Of a stretch of DNA of 64,000 nucleotides, positions 51,791-61,818 are shown one piece after another. A program made the translations under genes and the position numbers. How positions within the stretch are numbered: the first letter of the stretch is position 1; each line of letters opens with the position of its first letter. The notes under the pieces were generated by a model. It made no database searches. It was given only the letters and a program-made list of their open reading frames with translations, and was not told the DNA's origin. The DNA comes from Phycisphaerae bacterium (GTDB lineage: Bacteria; Planctomycetota; Phycisphaerae; UBA1845): NCBI GenBank assembly GCA_963666835.2, contig CAXXGO010000003.1:64001-128000 (forward strand), written 5' to 3'.

Positions 51791-52724
51791 TGTGTACAAT
51801 CTCGACTCGTTCGAACTTTGCGGCCGGGCTCTGTTTGATCCGGGCCGCTTCGACCGGCCGGATCTGGATCTCGGCATCGCACCTTCGTTTCAGATCTCGC
51901 TGGGTGATCGGGTCTTTGTGATGGGGAGTTGTTTCGCTGAAGAGATCCGCATGGCACTGGAGAGTCGCGGTTTCACCGTTACCGACGCGGGGCTGGGAAA
52001 CAAGTATAACACCTTTAGTATGCTCCAAACCGTAACATGGGCTCTTGACGGTGGGTTCGGGGAGCGGTTTGTCTCGCAAGTCAAACAGGGAAGGTGGTTT
52101 GACGGTCATCGTTACCCGCTTGAATACCACAAAACCGCGCAAGAGGCGGTGGACGTTCATCAAGAGACGCTCGATCGAACGCGGGAGGTACTCGAGTCTT
52201 GCGATGTCATCATCATGACGTTAGGGTTGGTAGAGGTCTGGCGGGACAATCAAGCCGAAGCTTGGTTGAATAACACTCCGCCGCGAAAGCTCCTCGGCCG
52301 TTACCCCGGGCGATTCTCCGTGGTCCGCACTACTCATGCCCAGAATCTCGAGGCGTTCTTGGCGCTTCTGAGGAAGCTCCGATCGGCCAATGCCTCCGCC
52401 CGAATTGTCTGCTCGGTATCGCCGGTTCCGCTAATGGCCACGTTTTTCGGGAATGACGTGGTCGTGTCCAACATGTACAGCAAGTGTACGCTGCGGTCGG
52501 TCGTGACCGAGGCCATTCAGGCTGAGGCTGATCGCGGCAGTGCCCCGGTTGACTACTTCCCGAGCTATGAAATGGTCATGCTCCGTCCGCGTGATGAAGT
52601 CTGGCGCGATCTGAATCCGGTGGGGCAGCCTGATGGCCGACACGTCCGTCCGGAGTTCGTACGAGAAGTAATCATCCGGACTTTTATGGAACACTACCTG
52701 CCGGAACTCGTTCCGGCATCGTAG
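51783..52724 (+). CDS. GSCFA-domain protein
   Basis: MGSCFA, TLGLVEVW, SVSPVPL, YFPSYE. Confidence 0.9.
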   Translation: MGNVYNLDSFELCGRALFDPGRFDRPDLDLGIAPSFQISLGDRVFVMGSCFAEEIRMALESRGFTVTDAGLGNKYNTFSMLQTVTWALDGGFGERFVSQVKQGRWFDGHRYPLEYHKTAQEAVDVHQETLDRTREVLESCDVIIMTLGLVEVWRDNQAEAWLNNTPPRKLLGRYPGRFSVVRTTHAQNLEAFLALLRKLRSANASARIVCSVSPVPLMATFFGNDVVVSNMYSKCTLRSVVTEAIQAEADRGSAPVDYFPSYEMVMLRPRDEVWRDLNPVGQPDGRHVRPEFVREVIIRTFMEHYLPELVPAS

Positions 52725-52737
52725 ATAGAGCGCTGTA

Positions 52738-54573
52738 ATGTGCGGAATCTGTGGGACTATCAGCCAAGCGCCGCTCGTCGATTCTGACAGTGTTGGACGC
52801 ATGCACGACGCCCTGCGTCATCGTGGTCCGGACGGTGAAGGCGTTTTCGATGATGCCCACGTGAGTCTTGCGATGCGCCGGTTGGCGATTATCGATCCGT
52901 TAGGTGGGAGGCAGCCGCTGTTCAACGAGGATCGTTCGCTGGTGTTAATCGCCAACGGGGAGATCTACAACTTCATTGAGCTGCGCGATCAGCTTCAGGG
53001 CCGCGGTCATCGGTTCCGCACCGGCAGCGATTGCGAGACCATTCTGCACCTGTACGAGGAATACGGATCGAGTTGCGTCGATCATCTGCGGGGCATGTTC
53101 GCTTTTGTCCTCTGGGATTCGAAGCGCCGGCTCCTTCTGTTGGCCCGGGATCGCATGGGCGAGAAACCGCTCTACTTGTACGAGCAGAAGGGCCGGCTGA
53201 CCTTTGCCTCCGAACTGAAGGCGCTACTGCGGGCCGGAGTCGTGCCGCTGGAGCTTGACCCGGTCGCAGTGGACGGCTACTTCCATTTCGGATACGTGCC
53301 CGAGCCGCAGACCCCGGTTGCGGGCGTTCGTAAGCTGCCGGCGGCCTGCACTCTGACGGTCGAGGTCGACCCATGGAAAGTCACGCAACGCTGCTACTGG
53401 CAACTCGAAGATGCTCCGTTGCTCGACGGTGATCCCGCTGAGTTGATTCGCAGCGAGTTGGATCAGATCGGTCGGCTGTTGATTCGCTCGGACGTTCCCG
53501 TGGGCGTAGCTTTGAGTGCAGGGTTGGATTCCAGCGCGATCGCGGCGCTGTCCGCACGGGAATACGGCGGGGAAATGCACGCCTTCTGCGTGGGCTACCC
53601 GGGCCATCCCAGCTACGACGAGCGTAATGACGCCCGGAAGTTTGCCGATTACCTGGGCATGCCATTCCACGAGGTGGAGCTGGCAACCGAGGAGATGGCT
53701 TCGTTCTTCCCGCGGCTGGTTCATCATCGAGACGATCCGATCGCTGATATCTCCGGCTACGGTTATTACGCGGTGGCCGCCCGGGCGAAGGAACACGGCG
53801 TGTCGGTTCTGCTTCAGGGGCAAGGGGGGGACGAGCTTTTCTGGGGCTATTCCTGGGTGAGCGAGGCCGTTCGGCGGTCGGAGCGGAAACGGCTTGGCCT
53901 TTCCGGCGGCCGTTCGCCACAGAGCATGGTCTTTTACGAACTGGTTCCGCATTTTTGCGACGCGACCAAGCTGGTCGACTCGCTGTACGCCCCGGCCTTC
54001 CGAGATCAACTGGACGGCAGCCGCCCGTCGGACCGATTCACCTTTGACCAGCCTTGGCCCCGAGTCGACTTGCGGATTACGCGACTTATTTGCGACCTCT
54101 ATCTGCGTGAAAACGGAATCGCTCAAGGCGATCGTCTGAGTATGGCCTCGTCGGTTGAGTTGAGGCTGCCGCTGGTTGATCATTGCCTGGTCGAAACGGT
54201 GGTGGGGCTCCGCAAGGCCCGGCCGGATTACGGTTTGGAGCCGAAAGCCTGGCTCAAGGCGGCTCTGAAGGGGATCGTTCCGGACTGGGTGCTGCACAGA
54301 CCCAAGCAGGGCTTCGCTCCGCCGCTGGGCACGTGGCACCGGGCGTTGTTTGAGCGCTACGGTTCCTGGCTCTCCGACGGATTTCTCGTAGGGCGAGGGG
54401 TCCTGAAGGCGGAAGAAGCTCGGGAGTTGGCGGGCGGTCCCTTCCCGGAGGGGATTGTGATACCTTTGTCGTTCAAGGCTCTGGTTCTCGAAACATGGTG
54501 CAGGAGCATGAGTAGCGAAGGGGGGACGACTGGTGAGTCAATCACTGACGCCGGTTGCGCTGTTTGCCTATAA
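52738..54573 (+). CDS. asnB: Asparagine synthase-like glutamine amidotransferase
   Basis: MCGI, HRGPD, NGEIYN, LSAGLDSS, GGDELF, RPKQGF; in this context likely amidates a glycan. Confidence 0.9.
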   Translation: MCGICGTISQAPLVDSDSVGRMHDALRHRGPDGEGVFDDAHVSLAMRRLAIIDPLGGRQPLFNEDRSLVLIANGEIYNFIELRDQLQGRGHRFRTGSDCETILHLYEEYGSSCVDHLRGMFAFVLWDSKRRLLLLARDRMGEKPLYLYEQKGRLTFASELKALLRAGVVPLELDPVAVDGYFHFGYVPEPQTPVAGVRKLPAACTLTVEVDPWKVTQRCYWQLEDAPLLDGDPAELIRSELDQIGRLLIRSDVPVGVALSAGLDSSAIAALSAREYGGEMHAFCVGYPGHPSYDERNDARKFADYLGMPFHEVELATEEMASFFPRLVHHRDDPIADISGYGYYAVAARAKEHGVSVLLQGQGGDELFWGYSWVSEAVRRSERKRLGLSGGRSPQSMVFYELVPHFCDATKLVDSLYAPAFRDQLDGSRPSDRFTFDQPWPRVDLRITRLICDLYLRENGIAQGDRLSMASSVELRLPLVDHCLVETVVGLRKARPDYGLEPKAWLKAALKGIVPDWVLHRPKQGFAPPLGTWHRALFERYGSWLSDGFLVGRGVLKAEEARELAGGPFPEGIVIPLSFKALVLETWCRSMSSEGGTTGESITDAGCAVCL

Positions 54574-55447
54574 TCGGCCGGATCATGTTAATCGGGCGTT
54601 GGCGGCACTGTCTCGGTGTTGTCGCCTCGACGAGTGTGCGCTACACGTCTTTTGTGACGGTCCCTGCGATGATGAAGACGAAGCGGCGGTACGGAACACG
54701 CGCCGGGTGATTGGCGAATGGGCGAGGCGTCTGTCGGCTCGAATTGTGGAGCGTCCTGCAAACGTGGGTCTCGCCCGGTCCATCGTCGACGGCGTGACCG
54801 AGTTGTGCGAGGAGCACGGACGCGCCATTGTCATCGAAGACGACCTCGAAGTATCACCCGGTTTTGTGGATTTCATGCTGCACGGTCTGGGGCGATATCG
54901 CGACCCCGGCGAGGTCTATCAGATCTCCGGCTATATGTTCCCGGTGCAGCATCCGGACGGGGACGACGCCTTCTTCTTACCGCTTACGACGACTTGGGGA
55001 TGGGCCACCTGGCAGCGGGCGTGGTCTGCCTTCGACTGGGATGCCCGAGACGCCCTGCGGAAGCTGGAGGATCCGGCCGTTAGATGCCGGTTCGATCTGA
55101 ACGACAGTTACGCCTACTCGACAATGCTCGAAGATCGGCTGGCCGGTAGGAACGAGTCCTGGGGAATACTCTGGTGGTGGTCGGTGTTCCAACGCGACGG
55201 TTTGGTGCTCCATCCTCTCCGGTCTTTGGTCCATAACAGCGGTTTCGACGGCTCAGGCACGCATTGCGGGCTAAGCGACCAAGACGAGGAGATCCGCCGC
55301 GCAGTGTTGGAGTTCGACTTTGGTCGACCGATCGCGCTCCCACCGCGCGTCGTCGAAGACGAAGCGGCGTTCGGACGAATCACGCAGTTTCTTCGCGAAC
55401 GGCAACAAGCGACGCAACCGGCAGTCGCGACCGCTTCAATGGAGTGA
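54533..55447 (+). CDS. GT-A fold glycosyltransferase
   Basis: LFAYNRP, VIEDD, WGWATW. Confidence 0.85.
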   Translation: MSQSLTPVALFAYNRPDHVNRALAALSRCCRLDECALHVFCDGPCDDEDEAAVRNTRRVIGEWARRLSARIVERPANVGLARSIVDGVTELCEEHGRAIVIEDDLEVSPGFVDFMLHGLGRYRDPGEVYQISGYMFPVQHPDGDDAFFLPLTTTWGWATWQRAWSAFDWDARDALRKLEDPAVRCRFDLNDSYAYSTMLEDRLAGRNESWGILWWWSVFQRDGLVLHPLRSLVHNSGFDGSGTHCGLSDQDEEIRRAVLEFDFGRPIALPPRVVEDEAAFGRITQFLRERQQATQPAVATASME

Positions 55448-55454
55448 CTTTATC

Positions 55455-56075
55455 GTGTCATATACTCGACAAGCAGAGAGAACGCAAGCTGATAGCGACA
55501 GACATCCGGCGAGTGTGGGGCAAGAGACGGTTCTGGCCCCCGGTTTCGAGATTGACGTTCGCATCGGACCGCGTGAAGGTCGGGTGACCATCGGACATCA
55601 CTCCATACTCGAGTGCGGCATCACGTTTGAGCGCAAGGTCGGTTCCGTATCGATCGGCAACAATACCTTCATCGGGCGGTCTCGCCTGGTATGCGCCACG
55701 CGGATCGAGGTGGGCAGTGATGTGCTGATTGCGTGGGGCTGCACTATTGTCGACCACGACTCGCACTCGATCGACTGGAAGCAGCGGGCCGAGGATGTTG
55801 CCCGGTGGCGCGAAGGGATGCGGATTTCGGTTGCCGAGGCCGCGGCCTTGAAGGACTGGCAGAACGTCCCGATGGCCCCGGTGCGAATCGGTGACAAGGC
55901 GTGGATCGGATTCAACTCCATCATCCTGAAGGGGGTTACGATTGGTGAGGGCGCCGTTGTTGGGGCGGGCTCGGTAGTGACGGCGGACGTACCGGCCTGG
56001 ACCGTGGTCGGGGGGAACCCCGCCCGGGTCATTAAGCAGGTGCCGCAGCAAGAAGGAGATGCCCGTCTGCAATGA
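55455..56075 (+). CDS. Hexapeptide-repeat O-acyltransferase
   Basis: IGDKAWIG..ILKGVTIGEGAVVGAGSVV, GGNPAR; start uncertain. Confidence 0.9.
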   Translation: MSYTRQAERTQADSDRHPASVGQETVLAPGFEIDVRIGPREGRVTIGHHSILECGITFERKVGSVSIGNNTFIGRSRLVCATRIEVGSDVLIAWGCTIVDHDSHSIDWKQRAEDVARWREGMRISVAEAAALKDWQNVPMAPVRIGDKAWIGFNSIILKGVTIGEGAVVGAGSVVTADVPAWTVVGGNPARVIKQVPQQEGDARLQ

Positions 56076-56965
56076 CCGTGCAGACCATACCTGCAGAACC
56101 TCCGCCGACCGGTGCCCAATACACTTGGGAAGAGGCGGTCGACTGGCTCCGGCGGCAGCCGGAACACGAGGAGCTCGTTCGCGCCTGCTACTTCGACGAT
56201 CCGTTGCTCGGTGCGGCGGAACGTTTCGCGGATAGCGCCGAGTGGCGGGAAGTGTCGTCGTGGCTGCCGCGCCGCGGTGGTCGGGCGCTGGACATCGGGG
56301 CCGGGCGTGGTATCGGCAGCTTCGCCCTGGCTCGAGCCGGGTGGCGGGTCGATGCCGTGGAGCCGGACGGAAGTGATCTTGTCGGCGCCGGGGCGATTCG
56401 CCGTCTTGCGGAGGAGTCGGGACTGCGAATCGACGTGACCCAGGGGTCTGGCGAGTCCGTTCCCTTCGACGATCGCACCTTCGACCTCGCTTATGGGCGC
56501 CAGGTGCTGCATCACGCCGCCGACCTTCCGCGCATGTGTCGAGAAATCGCCCGCGTTCTGAAGCCGGGGGGGCGCTTCGTTGCCACGCGCGAGCATGTAA
56601 TATCCCACCCGGAGGATCTCGCCGTATTCCTGGAAGAACACCCGCTGCACGGGCTGTACGGGGGGGAACACGCGTATCTGTTTAACGAGTACACTACGGC
56701 GATTCGCGATGCCGCCATGCGCTGCGTCCGTGTCTTTGGCCCGTTCGACAGCGTTGTCAACTACTTCCCGATGACCCACAGAGAATGGTGCATTCAATGC
56801 CGACGACCGGTCGGTCGGGTTGTGGGAACTCATCTGGCCCGGTTGCTTGCCGATGATCGCCACATGTTGGGGCGATGGCTGCTCCGCCGGTCGGCGGCGC
56901 GCTTGTCGCGCGCTTCCAATTATCAGGGACGCCTATATAGTTTCGTGGCCGAGAAGGTCTCGTAG
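56072..56965 (+). CDS. Class I SAM-dependent methyltransferase
   Basis: LDIGAGRG, PFDDRTFD, RVLKPGG. Confidence 0.9.
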   Translation: MTVQTIPAEPPPTGAQYTWEEAVDWLRRQPEHEELVRACYFDDPLLGAAERFADSAEWREVSSWLPRRGGRALDIGAGRGIGSFALARAGWRVDAVEPDGSDLVGAGAIRRLAEESGLRIDVTQGSGESVPFDDRTFDLAYGRQVLHHAADLPRMCREIARVLKPGGRFVATREHVISHPEDLAVFLEEHPLHGLYGGEHAYLFNEYTTAIRDAAMRCVRVFGPFDSVVNYFPMTHREWCIQCRRPVGRVVGTHLARLLADDRHMLGRWLLRRSAARLSRASNYQGRLYSFVAEKVS

Positions 56966-57008
56966 AGGACGTAGGCAGCCGTTGCATAACCGTGCGGGGA
57001 GTCTGGCT

Positions 57009-57944
57009 TTGAATACTCGAACAGCGATGTTGACCGGGGCGGGAGGGTTTCTCGGCCGGTACATAGCGCGCGATCTGCACGGGGCCGGCTGGCGCGTGAT
57101 CGGAGTGGATCGCGAGGGAATTCCTCGTGTTAAAACGGCGGAGTCGGGCTTGGCGGATCTGTGCGTTATGGAGTTGCCGTCCGCTGAGTTGGATGGCCTG
57201 CTGGACAGAATCTCTCCTGGTGTGATCGTGCATGCGGCCGGACCTGCTTCGGTACCGGCATCGGTAGCAGACCCGTCGGCCGACTATTGTGCGTCCGTGG
57301 GCACGTTGCAGGGGGTGCTGGAGTCGATTCGTCGCACCGGATCGCCAAGCCGCGTGCTTTTCCTTTCTAGTGCGGCCGTCTACGGGGAACCGAGCCGCCT
57401 ACCCGTCGTCGAGAACGCCGCAATCGCCCCGGTTTCGCCCTATGGATACCACAAGTTCATGGGCGAGACCCTGCTTGCGGAGTATGCCTCGGTGTACGGG
57501 GTCCGCGGCTGCAGCGTCCGGATCTTCTCTGCGTATGGGCCGGGATTGCGGCGCCAGGTTCTCTGGGACGTCTCTCGAATGATACAGAGCGGCTCCGTGC
57601 TCAGGCTTTTGGGCACGGGGGCGGAGACCCGGGACTTCGTTCATGCGGCGGATGTGGCCCGCGGTGTTCGGGTCGTGCTCGAACGAGGCTCCTTTCGGGC
57701 CGAAGTGTACAACCTGGCTACGGGTCTGGAGACGCACATTGTCGACCTGGCGCGCATGCTGGCCGAGGCCTTCGGACGAAACCCGCGAATCGAGTTCTCC
57801 GGCGCCCGTCGCACGGGAGATCCGACGCGCTGGCGGGCGAGCATCGGATGTCTGGCCGGTTTAGGTTATGTGCCCGAGGTGCCCCTTCAGGAGGGTGTTG
57901 CAGAGTACGCCAAGTGGTTTCTGAAAACGTCCGGCGAGGGATAG
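57009..57944 (+). CDS. NAD-dependent epimerase/dehydratase (extended SDR)
   Basis: TGAGGFLG, SSAAVYG, YGYHK, RDFVH. Confidence 0.92.
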   Translation: MNTRTAMLTGAGGFLGRYIARDLHGAGWRVIGVDREGIPRVKTAESGLADLCVMELPSAELDGLLDRISPGVIVHAAGPASVPASVADPSADYCASVGTLQGVLESIRRTGSPSRVLFLSSAAVYGEPSRLPVVENAAIAPVSPYGYHKFMGETLLAEYASVYGVRGCSVRIFSAYGPGLRRQVLWDVSRMIQSGSVLRLLGTGAETRDFVHAADVARGVRVVLERGSFRAEVYNLATGLETHIVDLARMLAEAFGRNPRIEFSGARRTGDPTRWRASIGCLAGLGYVPEVPLQEGVAEYAKWFLKTSGEG

Positions 57945-57948
57945 GCCC

Positions 57949-59124
57949 ATGCGAATTGGTGTGCTGGCAAAGGGAGGGACGGATTGGATTGGCGGACTGC
58001 ATTACACATTCAATCTGATTCGGGCATTACGCGCTCTGCCGACGGCCGATCAACCGGAGATTACCCTGTTGGTACCCGGCGAGGGCCGAACCGAGCATTT
58101 TCGCGAAGTTTCTGATCTGGCGGACATGCGTGCCGTTCCTCAGTCACTGCCGGACGGCAGGCGCGTAGGTGAGATGAATCCCGCACTTGAGCGCATTATT
58201 GCCGATGACGGTATCGATGCGGTCTTCCCTTGCATGCGCTCCATGGGGCCGGCATTCCCCTGTGCGTGGCTTCCGTGGATTCCCGACTTGCAGCACCGCA
58301 GCCACCGAGAGTTCTTTTCCGCGGAGGAATGCGCGATCCGCGATCGTGACTATAAACGTATCGCCGAGGATGCCCGGCTGGTGGTACTCAGCAGCCGAAG
58401 CGCCGCGGACGATTTCACGCGGTTTCGCCCGGACGACGCCGGCAAATTCCGGGTTCTGCATTTCGCGACCGTGCCGTTGCCGCAATGGCACCAGGCTAAC
58501 GCCCGCGATTCCATCCGCGATCTCGATCTGCCCGACAGATACCTTATGCTTCCCAACCAGTTTTGGATGCACAAGAACCACCGGACCGCCTTCGAGGCCA
58601 TGAAGATCCTGACCGATCGCGGGGTAGACGCGCACCTGGTCTGTACCGGCCATCCGCAAGACCCACGTCGCCCGAACCATGCTCGCCGCCTTCGGGAATT
58701 CATTGACGACCAACACTTATCCGAGCGGATACGAATTCTGGGATTGCTTCCACGCCAGACCCAGATCCAGGTGATGCGGGCGGCCTCCGCTGTTGTCCAA
58801 CCTTCGCTTTTCGAGGGCTGGAGTACCGTGGTGGAGGATGCCCGGGTCTTCGGCAAACGGCTGTTTCTCTCCGACATTCCCGTTCATCGCGAACAGCAGC
58901 CCGCCGGCGCGGTGTACTTCGATCCGCTCGACGCCGAGGCGTTGGCGGACCGGATCGCGGAGTCCTGGCCCGGCTTGGCGGATGCGCCGAATCCGGAAGA
59001 AGAGTCCGCTGCCCTTACCGCGCAGCAGCAGCGCGTCCGAACCTACGCCGAGGACTTCCTCGATATCGCCCACGAACTGCTCGACGTTCCGGCTTCCACT
59101 TCGGCCACCTCTTCCGCCGGTTAG
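57949..59124 (+). CDS. GT4 glycosyltransferase
   Basis: IPDLQH, PNQFWMHKNH, PSLFEGW..VEDA, SDIPVHRE. Confidence 0.9.
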   Translation: MRIGVLAKGGTDWIGGLHYTFNLIRALRALPTADQPEITLLVPGEGRTEHFREVSDLADMRAVPQSLPDGRRVGEMNPALERIIADDGIDAVFPCMRSMGPAFPCAWLPWIPDLQHRSHREFFSAEECAIRDRDYKRIAEDARLVVLSSRSAADDFTRFRPDDAGKFRVLHFATVPLPQWHQANARDSIRDLDLPDRYLMLPNQFWMHKNHRTAFEAMKILTDRGVDAHLVCTGHPQDPRRPNHARRLREFIDDQHLSERIRILGLLPRQTQIQVMRAASAVVQPSLFEGWSTVVEDARVFGKRLFLSDIPVHREQQPAGAVYFDPLDAEALADRIAESWPGLADAPNPEEESAALTAQQQRVRTYAEDFLDIAHELLDVPASTSATSSAG

Positions 59125-59153
59125 TACCGCTTCCAGGAAGGTCGTGCCAGGTA

Positions 59154-59240
59154 CCTCCCCCCTTACCAAGGGGGGATCGAGGGGGGTGTCTTTGGAAGGA
59201 GAAGGACCTCCCCCGGCCCCTCCTTGGTAACGAGCGGAGG
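59154..59240. repeat. Inverted pair of palindromic G/C-run repeat units
   Basis: CCTCCCCCCTTACCAAGGGGGG.. (59154-59187) and a degenerate inverted copy ..CCTCCTTGGTAA..GGAGG (59206-59240). Confidence 0.65.
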
Positions 59241-59379
59241 AAGAAACGCGACAACTTCATCGGAAGCAGCATTGTCTGAGCGGCTTGCGCCCCGTCCGCC
59301 TCTCGCCCCACGTGACAAAGCGCGGGATTGCGGGTAGAAACTACGCGGTTCTGTCGGAAGTGGTAGGGAGGACGATTCG

Positions 59380-59772
59380 ATGGCCGAAGGCGTATTCGTT
59401 ACGGCAATAAACTGCATGGACGGTCGAGTTCAGGAGCCGATCGTTAAGTGGATGAGAGCCCGGTTCGGGGCGGACTACGTTGACATGATCACCGAGCCCG
59501 GGCCCGACAAGATCATGGTCGCCGGACCTGCGTCCGGACAGGAGTCCATCAAAGACCGTGTCCTGATCTCGGTCAATGGGCACGGGAGTCGAGTTGTGGC
59601 CATGGTCGGTCATCACGACTGCGCCGGGTACCCGGTTTCGAAAGAGCAGCACGTTACGGACGTGCAGAAGTGTATCGAGATAATCCAGTCGTGGGATTTA
59701 CCCGTGCGGATTCTCGGGCTCTGGGTGGGCGACACCTGGGAGGTCGAAGTCCTTTCCGATTCCGGCGCATGA
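59380..59772 (+). CDS. Putative beta-class-like carbonic anhydrase
   Basis: NCMDGR and HHDC zinc ligands. Confidence 0.8.
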   Translation: MAEGVFVTAINCMDGRVQEPIVKWMRARFGADYVDMITEPGPDKIMVAGPASGQESIKDRVLISVNGHGSRVVAMVGHHDCAGYPVSKEQHVTDVQKCIEIIQSWDLPVRILGLWVGDTWEVEVLSDSGA

Positions 59773-59788
59773 TGGAGGGACCGGTGCG

Positions 59789-60208
59789 GTGCAGCCTTCC
59801 TTCGAGCTGTTCGATCACACGGCGGATGTTGGGATCAGGGTGCGGGCGCCGGATTTGTCCGGGCTGATTCAGCCGGCCGCCGCGGGGTTGTACGCCGTGA
59901 TTGGGAACCTCGTCAGCACCGGAGAATCCTTTCCGTGGACTTCGAGGATCGACGACGGGGAGCCGGCGTTTCTCCTGCGCGATTTCCTCGGTGAGTTGCT
60001 CCTTGCGTTCGAGACCGATCGTCGCATCCTCGCGGGGGTCGATGGTGTGGAGTTCGCGGACAACCGTTTGACAGTGAGCGCGCGTCTGGCACCGGTGGAC
60101 GAACTGCGCAGCGAATACCACCGCGAGGTTAAGGCCGTAACCTATCACGAGCTGTCCATCCGCCCGATCGAAGGCGGATACGAAGCCGTCGTCATTGTGG
60201 ATATCTAG
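59789..60208 (+). CDS. Archease
   Basis: DHTADVG, EVKAVTYH, C-terminal VDI. Confidence 0.93.
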   Translation: MQPSFELFDHTADVGIRVRAPDLSGLIQPAAAGLYAVIGNLVSTGESFPWTSRIDDGEPAFLLRDFLGELLLAFETDRRILAGVDGVEFADNRLTVSARLAPVDELRSEYHREVKAVTYHELSIRPIEGGYEAVVIVDI

Positions 60209-60212
60209 ACCG

Positions 60213-61673
60213 ATGGGAAGAGACTATACCGGTCCGCTCGAACGAATCGATGAGACCTCCTGGCGGATCCCCAAGAGCTATCGGGACGGCATGCGCGTCG
60301 ACGGGGTCGTCTTTGCGGACGACACGCTGATCGCGGCCGTTAAGCAGGATCAGTCCCCCGAGCAAGTCGCCAACGTGGCGTGTCTGCCCGGAATCGTCGG
60401 GCAGTCCCTGGCCATGCCCGACATTCACTGGGGATACGGCTTCTGCATCGGCGGGGTGGCCGCCACCGATCCCGAGCAAGGCGGGGTGATCAGTCCCGGC
60501 GGCGTGGGTTACGACATTAACTGCGGGGTCCGCATGCTGAATACGAATCTGACGCGTCAAGATGTTCAGCCGCGGATGGAGCAGCTTGTGGAAGAGCTCT
60601 TTCGCACGATCCCGTGCGGGGTCGGTCGTGGGGGCGTCATCAAGTTCAGCAACAAGGAGCTTCAACGCCTGATGACCGAGGGCTCGCGCTATGTCGTCTC
60701 TCAAGGGTACGGCTGGGACGACGACGTGGCCATGACCGAGGCCGGCGGTTGCCTCAAAGAGGCTCGCCCCGATTGGGTATCACCCAGAGCTCTGCAACGC
60801 GGGCATAACCAGTGCGGGACCCTGGGCAGCGGCAACCACTTCATCGAAGTGCAGGTGGTGGAACGGATATATGACAAGCCGGCGGCATCGGCAATGGGTC
60901 TGGTCGAGGGCGGCATTGCCGTTATGATCCACTCCGGCTCGCGCGGGTTGGGTTATCAGGTATGTGACGATTCCCTCAAAGACCTTCGGAACATCCCCGT
61001 TAAGTATGGTATTGACCTGCCCGACAAGCAGTTGGTCTGCGCGCCGGTCAATTCACCCGAAGGTGAAAGATACCTTGGGGCGATGGCCGCGGCCGCCAAC
61101 TTCGCCTGGGCCAACCGCCAGGCGATGACCTATCTGGCCCGGCAGGCGTTTGAGAAGTTCTTCGGTACCCCGGCCGAGCAGTTAGGGATGAACATGGTCT
61201 ATGACGTCGCCCATAACATCGCCAAGATGGAGACCCACGAAGTCTGCGGTAAGCGGCGGACCCTGTGCGTCCATCGCAAAGGCGCCACCCGGGCCTTCCC
61301 CGCGGGTCATCCGGAACTGCCGAAGCGCTATGCGGAAATCGGGCAACCCGTTCTCGTGCCGGGTGATATGGGGCGGTCGAGCTATGTTCTGGTCGGTCAG
61401 AAGGATGCCATGGCCCGAACCTTCGGCAGTTGTTGCCACGGTGCCGGTCGGGTCATGTCGCGTAGCGCCGCCATCCGGGCCGCCAAAGGACGTTCAATCC
61501 GCAAAGAACTCCTCGACCGCGGCGTAGTCGCCCGAGCCCGCGGCCGCACCGGCCTCGACGAAGAACAACCCGACGCCTACAAGGACGTCGACAACGTCGT
61601 AGAAGTCCTCCACAACGCCTCCATAGCCCGCAAAGTCGCCAGACTGCGACCGTTGGGGGTGATTAAGGGGTAG
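60213..61673 (+). CDS. rtcB: RNA ligase RtcB
   Basis: MPDIHWGYGF, GYDINCG, GSGNHF, HSGSRG, HRKGAT, HGAGR. Confidence 0.97.
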   Translation: MGRDYTGPLERIDETSWRIPKSYRDGMRVDGVVFADDTLIAAVKQDQSPEQVANVACLPGIVGQSLAMPDIHWGYGFCIGGVAATDPEQGGVISPGGVGYDINCGVRMLNTNLTRQDVQPRMEQLVEELFRTIPCGVGRGGVIKFSNKELQRLMTEGSRYVVSQGYGWDDDVAMTEAGGCLKEARPDWVSPRALQRGHNQCGTLGSGNHFIEVQVVERIYDKPAASAMGLVEGGIAVMIHSGSRGLGYQVCDDSLKDLRNIPVKYGIDLPDKQLVCAPVNSPEGERYLGAMAAAANFAWANRQAMTYLARQAFEKFFGTPAEQLGMNMVYDVAHNIAKMETHEVCGKRRTLCVHRKGATRAFPAGHPELPKRYAEIGQPVLVPGDMGRSSYVLVGQKDAMARTFGSCCHGAGRVMSRSAAIRAAKGRSIRKELLDRGVVARARGRTGLDEEQPDAYKDVDNVVEVLHNASIARKVARLRPLGVIKG

Positions 61674-61818
61674 GGCTGTCGCTTCTGATGCGTACTGCGT
61701 CAGTCCTTTGGACTTGCGTCAGTGGTCCGCTCCCGGTACCATATTGTCTCACTTGACACGCGGCTTCGGAGGGGCGGCATTGTCTCGCCGCCTGCGCCGG
61801 CCGGGCAGTTCGGAGGGT

